Positions 27,027 to 41,129 of a DNA stretch of 64,000 nucleotides are shown here, one piece after another (position 1 is the first letter of the stretch; every line of letters begins with the position of its first letter). Where the stretch lies: the NCBI RefSeq assembly GCF_009834535.1, contig NC_045697.1, forward strand, positions 40,798,001 to 40,862,000. Direction: 5' to 3'. The notes beneath the pieces are model-generated. The model saw only the letters and a list, made by a program, of their open reading frames with translations. It was not told the DNA's origin and did not search any database. The position numbers and the translations under genes are program-made. Source of the stretch: Camelus ferus (lineage: Eukaryota).

Positions 27027-27228
27027 GAGGTTTTGATGATAATTCTCCTCTGAGTTCAGTTGAGCGGTACGACCCTCGAAGCAACAAGTGGGATTATGTA
27101 GCAGCTCTTACCACTCCCAGGGGTGGAGTGGGGATCGCGACAGTGATGGGCAAAATCTTTGCAGTTGGTGGTCATAATGGCAATGCATACTTAAATACAG
27201 TAGAAGCATTTGATCCAGTGCTGAATAG
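27027..27228 (+). CDS. KLHL8: KLHL8 coding exon 8 (Kelch 5-6; GFDDNSPLSS...FDPVLNR)
   Basis: tgtag| acceptor, TAG|gtaatt donor, 202 nt. Confidence 0.96.
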
Positions 27229-27467
27229 GTAATTTTTATTTTTCCTCTATGCTTTCTTTAATGGGTTCTTTCAGTAACATTACTCCAGAGTGCTAAAATA
27301 CTGCTAGACGTAGTTAATAGAAAACATTTGGGATATCTTATCTCCGCTAGGAAGCTTTTACTGTCTTTCAAAACCAGTCCCATAATAGGGAGTTTTTGTT
27401 TTGTCTTTTGAGTAAAGTAAATCATGATTTGTTTTAAGATGACATTCTTTCTCCTCTGTCTTTTCAG

Positions 27468-27591
27468 GTGGGAGCTTGTTGGATCTGTGTCTCACTGCAG
27501 AGCTGGAGCAGGTGTAGCTGTGTGTGCCTGTTTAACTAGCCAAATTCGAGATGTAGGTCATGGATCCAGTAATGTGGTTGACTGTATGTGA
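27468..27591 (+). CDS. KLHL8: KLHL8 last coding exon (WELVGSVSHCRAGAG...NVVDCM*)
   Basis: ttcag| acceptor, TGA at 27589-27591. Exon lengths sum to 1860 nt (619 aa plus stop) with consistent phases. Confidence 0.95.
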
Positions 27592-30500
27592 TGGGAGTTC
27601 CAGCACCAACTATTTAGTCATATCTGATAGGGAAGAAAGACAACTAGGATTTTGTAATGACTGCCTTTGAACAGTTTTAACAACTGCTAGAGTCTTATTT
27701 AAATGTAAACTTGTATTGTGACTAAGCATAACTTTTGGAATGGTAACTGAAGAATTACTAGTAATAAAGTTCAATTTGCTATTTCCCACTGTAGCAAATA
27801 ATGAAGTAGGGAAGGAAGACAGTCTAGCCTGAAACCATACCTCCAAAAAAATGTTTAAATTAGTGCCAAAACTTGGAAATCTCTTTTTAAAAAAGTGTGG
27901 ATGAATCAAAATGTAAAATGGATTCATTTGCTGAGCTTTACCTTTTGCCTAAAGGTGTTAACATTAGACAGTGGATTTTTCCTAGAGGGGAAGTTAGAAC
28001 CCATTCATCAACACAAGGATACCAGGACACATAATGGACCTGCTCCAACTGAAGATCATTTCTCTTTGGTGCTGATGAATTTATGCCGTGCTTTTTTTAG
28101 GTGTTGATTTTTCAATTTCTTGGATATTTACAGAAGTAGAAAAAGTGTTTCATCTTTCTGAGTGCCCCTTGGCTGCATTTTCAGAATTTTATAGGGATGC
28201 TGTAAGAAGCCCTTAATTTCAGTTTGAATTGTTAGGACACCAAAAGACCTAACTGAACTATTTCCATCTGAACGAATCTACACTTTTATTTTTTCATCTC
28301 ACGCAAAAAGGATTTGTTTCATAATAAGCAAAAATGGAGCCAGAGGAGATACTGGAGAAGAAGGCTTTAGAGTCGACATTATTCTAGTGCCCAGGTGAGA
28401 TACTGTGAGAGTGAATGGTGTTCATGACACGACTCCCTAATGGAAGGACTCTGAAAATATGTTTAACTCTCCTCGTTGATTTATTCATTTGATTTTGAAC
28501 CCAAGATTTATTAACTTTCTATTTTGCTATTTGCCACCATCATAGTTTTTCTAACTGTACAGAATCTGGATTTATTTATTATCAGAAAAGGAATGCATTT
28601 TTATAAAAACCCTTAACAGACTATACTTTATGATTAGTTCAAGATACTGTAAAAACAGAGGAAAATTGAAACTACTGTTTTTTCTGTTATATTTATTCCT
28701 CTCTAGTGTATTTATTGAACTTTAATTGAAATTTTTTCTTTACATTAATTTGAAGCTAGATATTGATACACCTACTGATCTAACTGCTCTTCATGGTTTT
28801 ACCAGCGTTATAAAACGGCCTGTTCATTATATGTATATATTTTATAAATATTTATGATGACTATTAAAATATTCTATTTTGTATTTGCAGTGTAGTTCAG
28901 TATCTCTCTTCCAGGCCTTCCTAAATTTCGTTCAGTAATGCCTTAGACTTAGTATAGTTTACTGCTGGTCAGTTATCTTGTTCACAAGGAAGCTGGGGCA
29001 GTGAAGAATACTTCCCCTATATATCCATCCCTGAAGTTCATTGCCTAGTAGCTGTAATGGTCCTCATGAAATGGCAACCTGGGCTTATCAGTACAGTAAG
29101 GCAGAAAGCCACATTGCAAAAGCCTAGTGCCTTGGGTATATCCGATCAGAAAAAGAAAAAATGTGAGAAGGCTTGGCTAGCAGATAAAGGTCTTTCATGA
29201 AGCAGATTTAAAAGGTTCCAAATTATGCCATTTTTTTTCTGTCAGCCTCTGGGCAAGTCCATAAGTCATTGCTGGATCTGAACCAGTGTTCTCTTGTACA
29301 ACTGTACCCATATTTCAGTCAGTCCCAAAAGCATTTGACTCTGTAGCACTCACTGGACTGGCTACAACTGGCTGAATGTGGGAATAAGGCTCAAAACCTG
29401 GCTTCAGCTATTTCTCATGTCTAATGGAGTTCTTGTATAATAATGCATTTCTTGTATTATAATGTTTTTATGGTTACTAGTGTGTTATATTTATTTTTGT
29501 AGGGGAGGGAATCTTATTGTTTCTAAGATTACTTAGAATGTTTTTTTCTTGAACGTCTTTCTGCCTTTGTCATGTGTATAGAGTATAGGAGCATAAAGGT
29601 ATTACATTTCCATTACTGGTTTTGTCTATACAGTAGTCATCTAATATCCTAAGTGGATCCCCTAGCTACCCATAAAATATGGAAATAAAGGGAACATGTG
29701 GCTGGCTGTTACATCATGTGTGAGCAGAAGCATAGCCTTGAAGGACCTGACAGTGATTTGAAAAGATTAAAAGTAGAATCCATATGCAGTCTCTATTAAA
29801 AACATTCACTGAGATATGAAATATGAATCAGGCAGAAGGAATCATGCAATTGAAAGATGATTATATCCATAGGAATAGAAAGATGAAATATTCAAAGAGG
29901 ATGGCTACAGGCCTGTAACTTTAACTTCAGATGTTAATATAACTACCAAAAGGACATAAAATAGAGCTAAAATTCAGAAATTATAAATGGAAAACAGAAA
30001 AAAGTGAAAATTTACACATTTCTTTAAGGAATATTTCTAGAAATATTGTTTGATTCTCCCATATAGTTATTAAAGCCAGTGCTTTTACTGTATTGCACTG
30101 CCACTTTAAAAACAAATTACGTGATAATTGCTTTTGACTAATTTTACTATATCCTCTGTAACTAATTGATCATTTTAAAATGTATGAATAAATTTTGTAC
30201 TCCCTCCAAGGAGTATTATTCATTCGCTTAATTCCTAAATGCATTTTGAGCTTAATGCCTAGATAAGAGATTGTTGAAATTGTATAAACTACTCTTGCAA
30301 ACGGTAAACTTGAGTTTTCTTTGTTCCTTTCTATGTCTTATATGATAGAGAATGCGTTTAGAATCTAATTCACGTCTTAGTTAAGAATGTTTTCTGTGGT
30401 TTATCATACCAGACTTTTAAAGAAACTATACTGGAATGTAATTGACTTTCTTTTTTTTCCTTTATGTGGAGTTACAAGTGTCAATAAAACCTCTCTATAT

Positions 30501-30950
30501 TTTCTTAAAATCATGTATAAATTTATGTAGTACTATTCCAGCAAGTCAGAATAATTATCATATATACTACCAGGTACTGAGATCAGAAAGTTAGGTTCAC
30601 ATCAGTGCTTTTTATTGATTCAAAACATATTGCATGTATTTATTATAAATAGGAACTGCTTTCTGTACAGCCTGTTTTTCATTGTTTGATTGCTTTTTAT
30701 AGAATCTTTTCACAACTATGTAATTGTTTATTTTCCATCCCTCAGATACAAAGATTTAGTAGGTTGACTGTAACATTATTCTCCTCAAAGAAAGGATCTT
30801 CATATTTAACTGAAAATAGGAAGATTTTTGTTACCTTACAAAAATTGAAAGTTAAAAGCAACCGATTTAAGCAGTTGTCTCTTCAGCAATTGCAGGCTTG
30901 TAGTATATAAATGTGATTCTTTATGCATTAAATGGATGTTGTCCTTCCAA
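27592..30950 (+). other. KLHL8: KLHL8 3' UTR with several candidate poly(A) signals
   Basis: AT-rich and repeat-poor. AATAAA at 27763, 29684, 30187, 30483 and ATTAAA at 30927. The true end is uncertain. Confidence 0.55.
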
Positions 30951-31319
30951 TTAGTAACCTCATGAAGCATGAATTTTGTTTTTCTACCTATCTTGCCATT
31001 GCTAAAAACTTTTCTGAAACTCCTCTTTGAAAATAGCCTGAAGATCCATTTTTAGGTCACTCAAGAGTTAATTAGTCTCATCATAGTCATATGTTAATTT
31101 TGACCAGAACTTAACTTGATAATGGCATTGTGTACTTTATTCATCAGACTTGATTTCAAAATATTTTATGACTATCACAGGTGAAATTCTACCTTCAAAG
31201 AATTAAGATTTTCCTCCTGGAAAGGATTTTTTCAAAAATCAACAGTTCCAATGGAAGATTTCTAAAATTACCCTAAGCAATAGTAATTTGAGTAAAAAAG
31301 TATTTATCTTCTTTAGAAA

Positions 31320-31520
31320 GACAAATAATGCATGATTTCACATGTATATGGAATCTAAAAAAAAAAAAAAAAAAAAGAACAAACATAATAGAAACAGAGT
31401 TATAGATGTAGAGAACAGGTGGTTGCCAGAGTGGGGAGGTTGAGGGGAGGAGAGAAATAGGAGAGGGAAATTAAGAGGTACTGATTTCTAGTTGCAAAAT
31501 GAGTGAGTCAGAGGTATGAA
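31320..31520 (+). mobile_element. L1 3' UTR fragment
   Basis: atgatttcac.tgtatatggaatctaaaa, gagaacag.tggttgccagag.gggg motifs. Confidence 0.7.
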
Positions 31521-31999
31521 AAATATATTGTTTCTTTGAGAGGACATTCTTTATTTGAATGCAGAAATTCTGGTGGGTTTTGTTGTTTTAATAAATCATT
31601 CTTACATTATCTTACTGGTTGAGGCTAAATTCAGTCTACCTGAACAAACTATTTAGAATATAAGGAATTAATTTTGGGTAATAGCCCTGTAATTAATAAC
31701 TACAATTTTTTAATGTATAGTCTGTGCCAGTCACTTTATAGTAACATTTTAATCTTTTCAGTAATTCTGCATTTTACAGTTAAAAAGAATAAATTCAAAG
31801 ACAAGTAACTTGCCCAAGATCCACAATTAATCAATGGTTGACCAGTATTCTTTGTGACTTAAAAATTCCCCTGTTCCACCTAACCAGCTATGCCTCTACT
31901 TTTTCAAGGTAGTACATACATACTTAAGGAAAGATGATTTTTTTCATAGCCTTTTCTTAGCAGTATGAAAGTATTTCTGGTCACTATTTTTTGTCAGTT

Positions 32000-32309
32000 T
32001 CCATTTATTTTATTGAGATATAATTATGTTTCAGGTGTACAACATGATTCAATGTATGTATGTTGTGAAATGATCACAGTAAATCTAGTGAACATCTGTC
32101 ATCCACATAATTACAAAATTTTTTTCTTGTGATGAGAAGCTTTACGATCTCTCTTAGTGCCTTTCAAATATGCAGTGCACTTTCATTAACTATAGTCACA
32201 ATGCTGTACATTACATCCCCAGGACTTACTTATTTTACAACTGGAAGTTTGTATCTTTTGATCCCCTTTACCCATTTCTCCCACCCCATACATTGCCTCT
32301 AGCAACTAC
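32000..32309 (-). mobile_element. L1MA-type 3' end, antisense
   Basis: T-rich start, gtttcaggtgtacaacat, ctatagtcac.atgctgtacatta.atcccc, acaactggaagtttgta. Flanking repeat tggtcact near 31978 and 32310. Confidence 0.75.
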
Positions 32310-32349
32310 TGGTCACTGTATTTCTATATGTAATATTTGATGTGTATAT

Positions 32350-35300
32350 GAAAGTAGATGCAACATGAAAGTTATTAAGCATACTAATAAAACACCTACA
32401 TATCTACTCCCTAATTAAGAACCAGAACATTTCTGGTGATATTGACTCTGTGTTCCTTAATTCCAGTCCCCAGCCTCCTTTCTTCCCAGAGGTAAGTACT
32501 GTCCAGAATTAATCATTCCTTTGCCTTTTTTCCTTCTGTTTTTATACCACTATACCTAAGCCATGCATTGTTTACTTTCATAATTTCTTTGATGAGCTTT
32601 ATTAAAAATAATATTCTCTATGTCTTAGGTAACTTGATCTTTTCATTCAATAGTTTTGTTTTTTTAAATTTTATGTTGGGTATAGTTTCCCTTTTCTTTC
32701 TTTCTTTTTTTTTTTTTTGCTTTTATAGTGCCAAAATGAACATTCATATATAGTTTCTTGGTACACATGTGCAAGTTTCTTAGAGTATATACCTAGAAGC
32801 AGAGTTGGCTGTAAGATAGATGCTTGATCAGCTTTATGAGAGTTTTACAAGATAATGCAAAATTACTTTCCAAAATGGTTATGTCAGTTTACAGTATGGT
32901 TTATTACTTACTTGCTGTTGTAAGACCTAGTTCTTGCCAATCTGTTAGGCATAAAATTATACTTTATTGTGGCTTTAATTTGCATTTTCTTGATTGTTGA
33001 ACATGTTTCCATGATTATTAATCATTCCTGTTTTTTCTGTGAAATATTTATTGATGTCTTCTGTCCATTCTTTTTTCTTGTTTATACAAGAGTTCTTCAT
33101 AATAGGCTACTAATATTTCCATTTTTTTTATTACACATATCTCCTCCCAGTTTATGGCTTATCTTTTGGGGTTTTGGGTAAAGAAAACTTCTTAATTTTA
33201 ACCTATTCAAATGTAGTTCTTTGTCTTAAGATATTTCTTGTTTCTTCTAAAAGTCAAAGTCTCTCATAGTCATCAGTCCACCTGGAATTGATTTGTCTAT
33301 GGGTGAGAGAGAACAAATTTTATTTTTTACTATGTGGATAGCCAGTTTTCTTTAAACTGTTTAGTGACTAATTCATCCTTTCCCCAGGGACTTTATCTAC
33401 ATGGCCAATTTCCATGTAAGTAAACAGTCTGTTTTGGGACTTTCTGTTCCATTCCATTGGTCAATTTGTCTAACCAAGTGCTAAATGACATATATGATGA
33501 ATTATGGAGTATTGTCTCTTTTCTGTTCTCTGAATTATTTAACATTGAAATAATCCATTTCTTGAACATCTTGAACCTAGTTTTCTTTTGCAGAAAAATT
33601 AACAATTCAGTGTCTTACTGGTTATATGATCTTTCAGTATTTTTGTTTTCTTTTAAGTCAGTTTTGGTAAGTTTTACTTTTTAAAATATCATTTGCTGGA
33701 TCCCACAAATTTTATTTGCACTGTTTTCATTAATTTTCACTTGCAAATATTTTATAAATGTTCAATACACGTTTTTCTTTGATCCATGGGTTTAGAAGTA
33801 TATTTTAAATTACCAAATATGTCTTAATTTCATTTGGTCTGACCATGGTATGTTTGATTCCACTTCATGGAAATGTACTGAGACTTGTTTTATGGCCTGT
33901 TATGTTAAACTTTGTTGTTATTTATGTATTCTTGAGAAGCCTAATGTTGTGGTGTAGTTTCTGTATTTGTATATTACATCTAACTAGCTAATTGTGTTGT
34001 TCAGTCTACTGTATACTGCTATTTTTATTTTCCTTTGAGCTGTTTGACCTGTCAGTAGAGAAATGTGTTGAGATTCTATATTGTGATTAGTTTTCTGTGT
34101 GTGTGTGCGTTGAAGTTTTCTGATTTATGTTTATGCTAATTTAAAAGAATTGAACGTTTTATTTTAAGTAGTGTAATTTTCAGATGTGTATTTGATTCTG
34201 TGCCTAGGGATTTTATCCTGGAAGGGTGCTTTCACTGGTTAGTTTTGAAGTGTTCATGGGCCCAAAATACTGCAGCCCTTTCAGACCTGCCTCAGACCCT
34301 TTGTTCTCCCTTGCTATTAATAAAGGCAAAAACACCTTCCAGTTTCAGTGCTGTTCTGGAGCTGGTTCTCCACATGTCTTAGTGAGTGCTGTGGCTCTCT
34401 CGTGGGTCAGTACTGGTGGTTTTCCTCCTACTCGTTGTTAACACCTCATTTGTTAATGTCTTATACCTGCTCAGATTGTGGGGTTCCTGAAACTCCTAGT
34501 TTGATTAGGATGTTCATAGGCTTTTTAAATTTATCCTCCTTGCTCTGGCTGGTTAATTTTTTTTTAGGGTGGAGGATTAAATGATCAGAAATTTTACCAG
34601 TACCCCACCACTCCCCATTACCCAAAAACCTTTTTTTTTTTAAATGAAGGATTTTGGTTTGTGTTTCCCTTCCACCTCCTTCAATCTTGCAGCGGTTAAC
34701 CTTGAAAATTTCATTGCATATTTCACAATCTAGAGTTAATCAGTATGTTAAATGCCTTTCTGAACAATGAAAGGCACTAAAATTCATCACTTTTCTTCCA
34801 ACTTTTTTCAGTATTTTCGTTATTTTGCAGCCCATATTTAAACATGATTAAATATTTATTTGGGTTTACTTTAATCATTTTTCTTTTTAGTATCTCAGAC
34901 ATTCCTTCTGAGGTAATTTTTTTTCCCTAAAGGATGTATTTCAAAAGTTACTTTGGGGAAGTTCTGTTAAAGTAATCTCCATTTTTGTTCATCTGAAAAT
35001 GTCCTTATTTTACTACTTTTAAAATGTATTTTTAATGTTTTCAGCTTTATTCAGAAGTATAATTGATGAAATTTAAAGTATACAATATGATTTGACATAT
35101 GCATACTTTGTGATTATCAGTCAGGTGATTATCACAGTCCATCACCTCACAGTTACCTTTCTCTGTGTGTGTGGTGAGGACGCTTAAGGTTTACTCTCAG
35201 CAAATACACAGCACTTAACTGTTCTTGATAGTTTTACTAGATACAATTCTAGTTTTCTCTCTGTTTTTAAGTTATTAGTCCACTGCTATCTGGTTTCCTT

Positions 35301-36250
35301 TGTACTTCAGGTCAGCTGCCATCTAATTATCTTCCTTCCTATGGGATCTTCTGTTTCTCTGCTGCTGCTTTTAAGATCTCTTCATCTGTTCTGATCTGTA
35401 GTTTCACTATGGATGCATCTATATATGTCTTTCTTTGTCTTGTCCTGCTAGTATACAGTGTGATTCTTATATTTGCGATGTATCTTTCTGCCCTGAAAAT
35501 TTCTTTCATGGACTCATTGAATATTACTTCTGTTTTTCTAGAACTTTAAACTGTCTTCCTATGTACTAACTTTGACTTCAGCTCTGTGTAACCTTTTGTT
35601 AAACCATTGAATTTTTAATTTTGATTACTAGGTTTTTCTTTCCCAAAAGTCCTACTTCATTCTCTCTTAGCTATGCTTGGTAATTTTGATGGATTTTTAG
35701 TCTTAATTCCTTTCTTTTGCTGCATCTTTTTCTTTCTTTGGGTGGGTCATAGATAGTTCTTTCTGTATCCCATGGCTGATAAATCCAGTACCTGAAGTCT
35801 CAGGAGGTCTAAATCTGTTTATTGTCTCTGAATTTTTCCTTATGGTGTCATTCTTCCCTGTTTGATGATTTTATTTCGTAAATGCATTCTTGATTGAATC
35901 TGTGGAAATCCACAAGTTCCAAATTGGGCATGTTCTTTCTGAAAGTTTTTTTCGCATTTGCCTCTCTAGGCCAGGAACTGCCCTGGGACATCTTTGCTCT
36001 CTTCTTGGCTCCTGGCCAAATTCTAGGTGCTCAGGTTCAGCTAGTCTTACTGTGGTTCAGTGCTTGGTGTCCCAGTCCCAGCGCTGATAGTGGCATTTGT
36101 CCTCAGGGCATCCGTGGCTTTTCTGTTTACTTACCACTTCTGCTCAGAGTCTAGCTTTTATATTGGCCTTGGAGGTTTCCTTGCTTTCCTGAGACTCCAG
36201 TAAAGCATTTTAAAGTATGTTTATAATTATGTAAGAACTAACAGTAGTGG
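32350..36250 (-). mobile_element. Large, very decayed antisense L1 (L1ME-like) block
   Basis: T-rich strand bias with L1 motifs (atatacctagaag, tgtggctttaatttgcatt, ctggaattgatt). Contains a younger L1 tail near 35030-35220. Boundaries approximate. Confidence 0.55.
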
Positions 36251-36949
36251 GAGAGCCCTTCAGACTACAGGTCTTTCATAACCCCTGCCGGCAGAATGTT
36301 GCCACTTCTGTTCTAGAGCCCCCCAAATGGCATAGTTTTGTCTTGTTATTCACTTAACCTTTCCTTATGTGCTGCTAGACTTCTCTGTAAAGTTTTCATG
36401 TTGACTTTCTTAGTAGACCTTAACAGAATGAGCTTTTTGGTCCCATATCTTTGTCATGCCTAAAGTTTCTTTCTTAAATTTAAACTGGGAGTTCATAAAA
36501 GGATAATCCATGAAATGTAAGATTTCTTGGCATTGGTGTGTGTATCACTTTGCCCTGCATGTCTCAAGTATCAGTTATTTTATATACACCAGTTCCTTAG
36601 CACATTGCTGTTAAATCCCTTCATAAATAGGACTCCAGAGTAGTTATGTAGATTCAGAAAATAACTGCATTCTGTCTGAAACTTTGCAACCTTTCTTTAA
36701 AAAGAAGTTTGTTTTGGCATTTGGCCAAAAGTAATAAAATTCCTACCTGACCATAAATTCCCTGATTTCCCCCTATTCGTCTGCAAACAATTACCTTTTT
36801 TCCTGTCTGGAAACCAGAGCTCAGGACTGAACAACACAGTGGCTATTTGTACTGCATTCTAACACAAAGTGCCCTAATTTTCCTGCTTCTGCTTGTTTCG
36901 TTTCTCAATACCTATTCTGATGCAGTACTAAATCACTGTGCTTTTTTGA

Positions 36950-37670
36950 AGACCGGCTTTATTGAAGTATAATTTATATAATAAAAAAGTGACCCATGTT
37001 TACAACCCATGATTTAGTAAATTTATTAAGTTGTGCCAACATCACCGTAATCTGGATTTAGAACATTTTCATCATGCTTCCAAAACTTTCACGCGTCCTT
37101 CTTGCAGTCTCCACTCCTCCCCATCCTTTCCTCCCTGCCTTTCTCTCCAGGCAACCATTGATGTGTTCCTGTCCATTAATTAGCTTTTGCTGGGTATATC
37201 ATATAAGTGAAACTATACTCTGTATAGTCTTTTGCATCTTGCTGTGTCACTTAGCATGATGGTTTTGAGGCTCATTTTATATGTACTATAGCATTTTTAC
37301 CCCTGAATATTAGTCCATCTTATGCATATACTACAGTTTGTTTATCCACTCACCAGTTGATCATTTGGATTGTCTCCAGTTTGGGGCTGTTATGCATAAT
37401 GCTGCCATGATGCCATGAGTGTTCACATAAAGCATGTTTATGAACATGTTTTCATTTATCTCGGGTGGGTTCATACAAGTGGAATTGCTGAGGCTATTCG
37501 TTTTTTTTAAAGGAACTACCAAACGGTTACCCATAGGGGCTGTACTGCATTATATGCCTGTCAGTGGAGTATGGGGATTCTGGTTTCTCTTCATCTTCTC
37601 CAATGCTTTGTGCTGTCTTTGTCTTTGATTATCGCCATTCTCCTGGGTGTGAAGTGGGATTCTCCTTGTG
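36950..37670 (-). mobile_element. Antisense L1M 3' end/ORF2 end
   Basis: gctttattgaagtataatttata, ccaggcaacca, tttatcca.tcaccagttga..catttgga.tgt.tccagtttggggct motifs. Confidence 0.8.
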
Positions 37671-40600
37671 TTCAGCGTATATTTCTACATTTTTTTTTCC
37701 TATAGGAAATGGCTGCTCTCTAGTGGTGCATTCTACACATTACACTTGGGAAAAGGGCACTAAATAGAAAGCTTAAAGCTAAAACATGTTAAAGTTTACA
37801 CTGATTTCATGTTGTGCCTGCATTATTTAGCACACTGAGCGCAATTGAGGCCCAGGTTCAAAATGTTTTCCTAATTACCCCTGTTAATAGTTCTCAGGAC
37901 TTGGCTGGTTGGTTGTGGCTTTTACTTAATCCCTGGAGGTGCCATATATTCAAACGAAGCTTTTGTGCTTCAGATCTCACCCACTTTATGCACTCAGGCC
38001 TTTTGGTATAAAGGGTTACACCTGTGGAGTGGCTAATGCTTATGAAGACGGGGAGGAAAAGGCCAGACACAGTTTTGTTGACTCATACCTACCACATCCT
38101 TTTAGACCAGAGCCAGAGGAGTAAATAATTCTTACTAGTGGAGTGAATGTAAATTCCTTTTAATGAATTGCACACAAGTGGAATGTCTGGTGGCTCCTTG
38201 GTATTTTCAGGTAACACTCTGTAAATATGCCTGTAGAGAGTTGTAAAACTTTAGAATGGGTCTCAGCTGCCCCCAGGCTCCTAGGGCTCTGCTGAAATGA
38301 GAGCAAGATGCACATTAAAAACTGAAAAAATTGAGCTAAAGAAGAAACCCGGCCAGCGACGGACTGACTGAAGGAATGTGTATTTGGTAAGTAAACAAAG
38401 ATGTGGCTTCAGGAAACTAGGGTAGTAAAACTAAACACTTAATTGTTTAAGCAAACTGTAGGTTCTTACTTTAAACAATTAAATGTTCAAAAAGTGGGGA
38501 GAATGTACCTATGTGAAATTTCTCTTAAATTTTTGGGCACTAGCACAATGCATTTACCTAACAATGTATTTTACTTTCCTGACATGTCTGTAAAATGATC
38601 ATGTATATTTGTATGTGTGTATATGTACATATGTGCACACACACAAAAGCCTAGTACAAAATAGTAGAAAGCATGATGGACCCATGGGGTCTGCGCATGG
38701 TTGATTTACTGCTTCAGTCAAATGGAAGCAAGAGGAGAGGCCAGACCATTCATCCTTGTGTGACAATTTGGTACACAGTAATTCTACACCATAGTAAATG
38801 GATTATTTATCAATTAGGGTGGGTAAAGGGATATAAGGTTTAGGACAGAAGGTAGTTTGTTCAACTTCAGGATAAGCAGTGGCTAGGAGGGAAATTGAAA
38901 TAGTTGGGGGTTAAAATTTTTAAATATGCATCAGAACTTTTTTAATGTTGCTATAACAAATACTGCTTTTTAAAAAATTAATATGTGGAGATTTTGATTA
39001 ATCCAATGTCATTGCCAAAACAAGAGATACTTAACATAGACAAAATTTTATCCTCTGCCTTTATTTTGGAACCAAGTCTGATGATTTATATGAACAGTAT
39101 TGTTTAACTCTTCCCAGAAAAACTATCATAAAGTCAGTAGGGTATGTGTGTATGCTTGCCTGCCTAGTTCTGCAAACAGTTTTAAAGATGTTATAAATTT
39201 GTTTTGAACAATGGTAACAAATGTGTAGAACACTCCCCATCTCCTGATGATCTTGAAGGACAGTGGGGTTTTTTTTGTAAGTTCTGTGTAGTTAACTCAC
39301 ATTTAATAGGGAAATGTTTGATTGCTAGTATTTTCACTGTAGACTCTAGGATATCATTTTAACTCCTTCCTTTTTTGTTACAGGTGAGGAAATAGAGTAC
39401 CAGACATTCAGGTAACTTGCACAAGACAGAGGAGGATGTTTGTTTTGCCTAGATGCCTATACCCTATATGGTGAAAATTAGAGGACTGAATGTCTTGGGC
39501 CCCAGTTGGACCCTTCTAAGTCATCAGTTTCTGAGTTGAAGTTTTATTTGGTCCCTTTACTCTCAAACTTAGAGGACCCAGGGGGAATTCATGCTGTTGC
39601 CTATTTTAGTTATTTCATATTTGCTGGGACTTTAAACTTTAAAGGTTACTTTACATCATTCATGACTTCTAAAAATTGTTTTCATGCTACTTTAAAGGTT
39701 TATCACATATTTAATATTTTAAATTTTTCTCTATTAAGTAATCCATGCCCTCAAATAGTATACAAATGAGAAAAAAAAAAAACCTGTCCATCTCAGCAGT
39801 CACTAGAATTGTTAGTGTCTTGACTAGCACTGGTAAATGGAGGACGTCTACAAGGCAGCACGTGAAGCGGCGTTAGACAAGGACTCCTTCCCCCGCCAGT
39901 GTGCTGTTGAAGTTTCTGTGGCTGCAGGTTCTCAGGACTTCCTTCTCAGTTTGTTTTGTAAAACCTATTCCTGCTCATAATCCAGTTTTACTGATTGTCC
40001 CCCATAAAATCCCAAAACGGTTAAATGTTAACTGCTTGTGGATGACATTTTTAAAAAGCTTATAAAAGCCACATTTCCTTTAGTTTGTTCTCAAGAAAAA
40101 TCCCTTCCTAAGTTGAGGTCAAACAGATCTATACCGTAATGAGTTTCATCTTTTACAAGCTGCTTGACCATAGACATAGCTTAAATTTCATCATCTGTAA
40201 AGCAAAGTAACGACTCATTTGAAAGGTGGTTTTAAAAATACAAACCATAGAAAATGCACAGCACGTATCACTTAATACATGTTCCTTTCCTCTTCTCCAT
40301 GTTTTCACTTTCTAGGCCTGTTGTGCTAGAGCGATGGGAGTGTCATGGATGAGGTAAATGAAAGGAAAAAAGGCCGAATGGCTCCATTTTGCTGTGGGGA
40401 ATTCAGGACCAACACATAAGCATAAGAGGAATGCTGTTCTCTGCCTAACAGATTAGTTGGTTGAAGTAACCCAGTCTGAACAGTATGACCATAGGGTGTT
40501 CACTTTAGCTTCTGTGTTAGGACCACTGACAAGGCAGGACAGTGGGTATCTCAGTGTAAAATCACCAGATCTAAATTAACCTGTCACCTGGGTGGAAAGA

Positions 40601-41129
40601 GACATGCAGTCCAGGAGCTGGGCAGCCTGACACATATTCTGAAGAAAGTCACTTTGTACACAGGAATCACTAACACTTTGAACGGATGGGAGTAAATTTC
40701 ACAGGGGTAAAAAAAAAATCAGTCTTCCTTTGCTTTTTACCTTCATTTAAAATAAGCAAATGTGAAGTTAATAGGGCTAGTCAAGTAAGGCTCAGGACTG
40801 ACACATCAAATTTTAGGTTTGATCTCTGGGGCCATAGGGAAACCTACAGTGAACTTCCTTCTGTATACCCACTGGGTCTCAAACCAGTTGCCAATGTTTT
40901 ACAGCTTCCAGTTTATCCAGGATGAGTGTCAGTTCCTTGGACCAAGAAATAAGTTTTAAAGGTTAATGGAACTTTAAATCCTGAAGACCCATGTCAGGGA
41001 TTGACCATCACCTCCAATGCTGGAAAAAGTGGGGAAACGTAAGCAGCCTGTGATGTCGTCCGAGGTGCAGGCAATGGAGCAAACTTGGGAAGTCATGCAG
41101 TATGTCAGAGGCAGTCAACAACCTGAAGA

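Noticed and set aside
39365..39430. Pyrimidine tract followed by acag|gtgagg, resembling a recursive splice site
   Set aside because: It lies outside both genes and coincides with a MIR core (ttacaggtgaggaaa).
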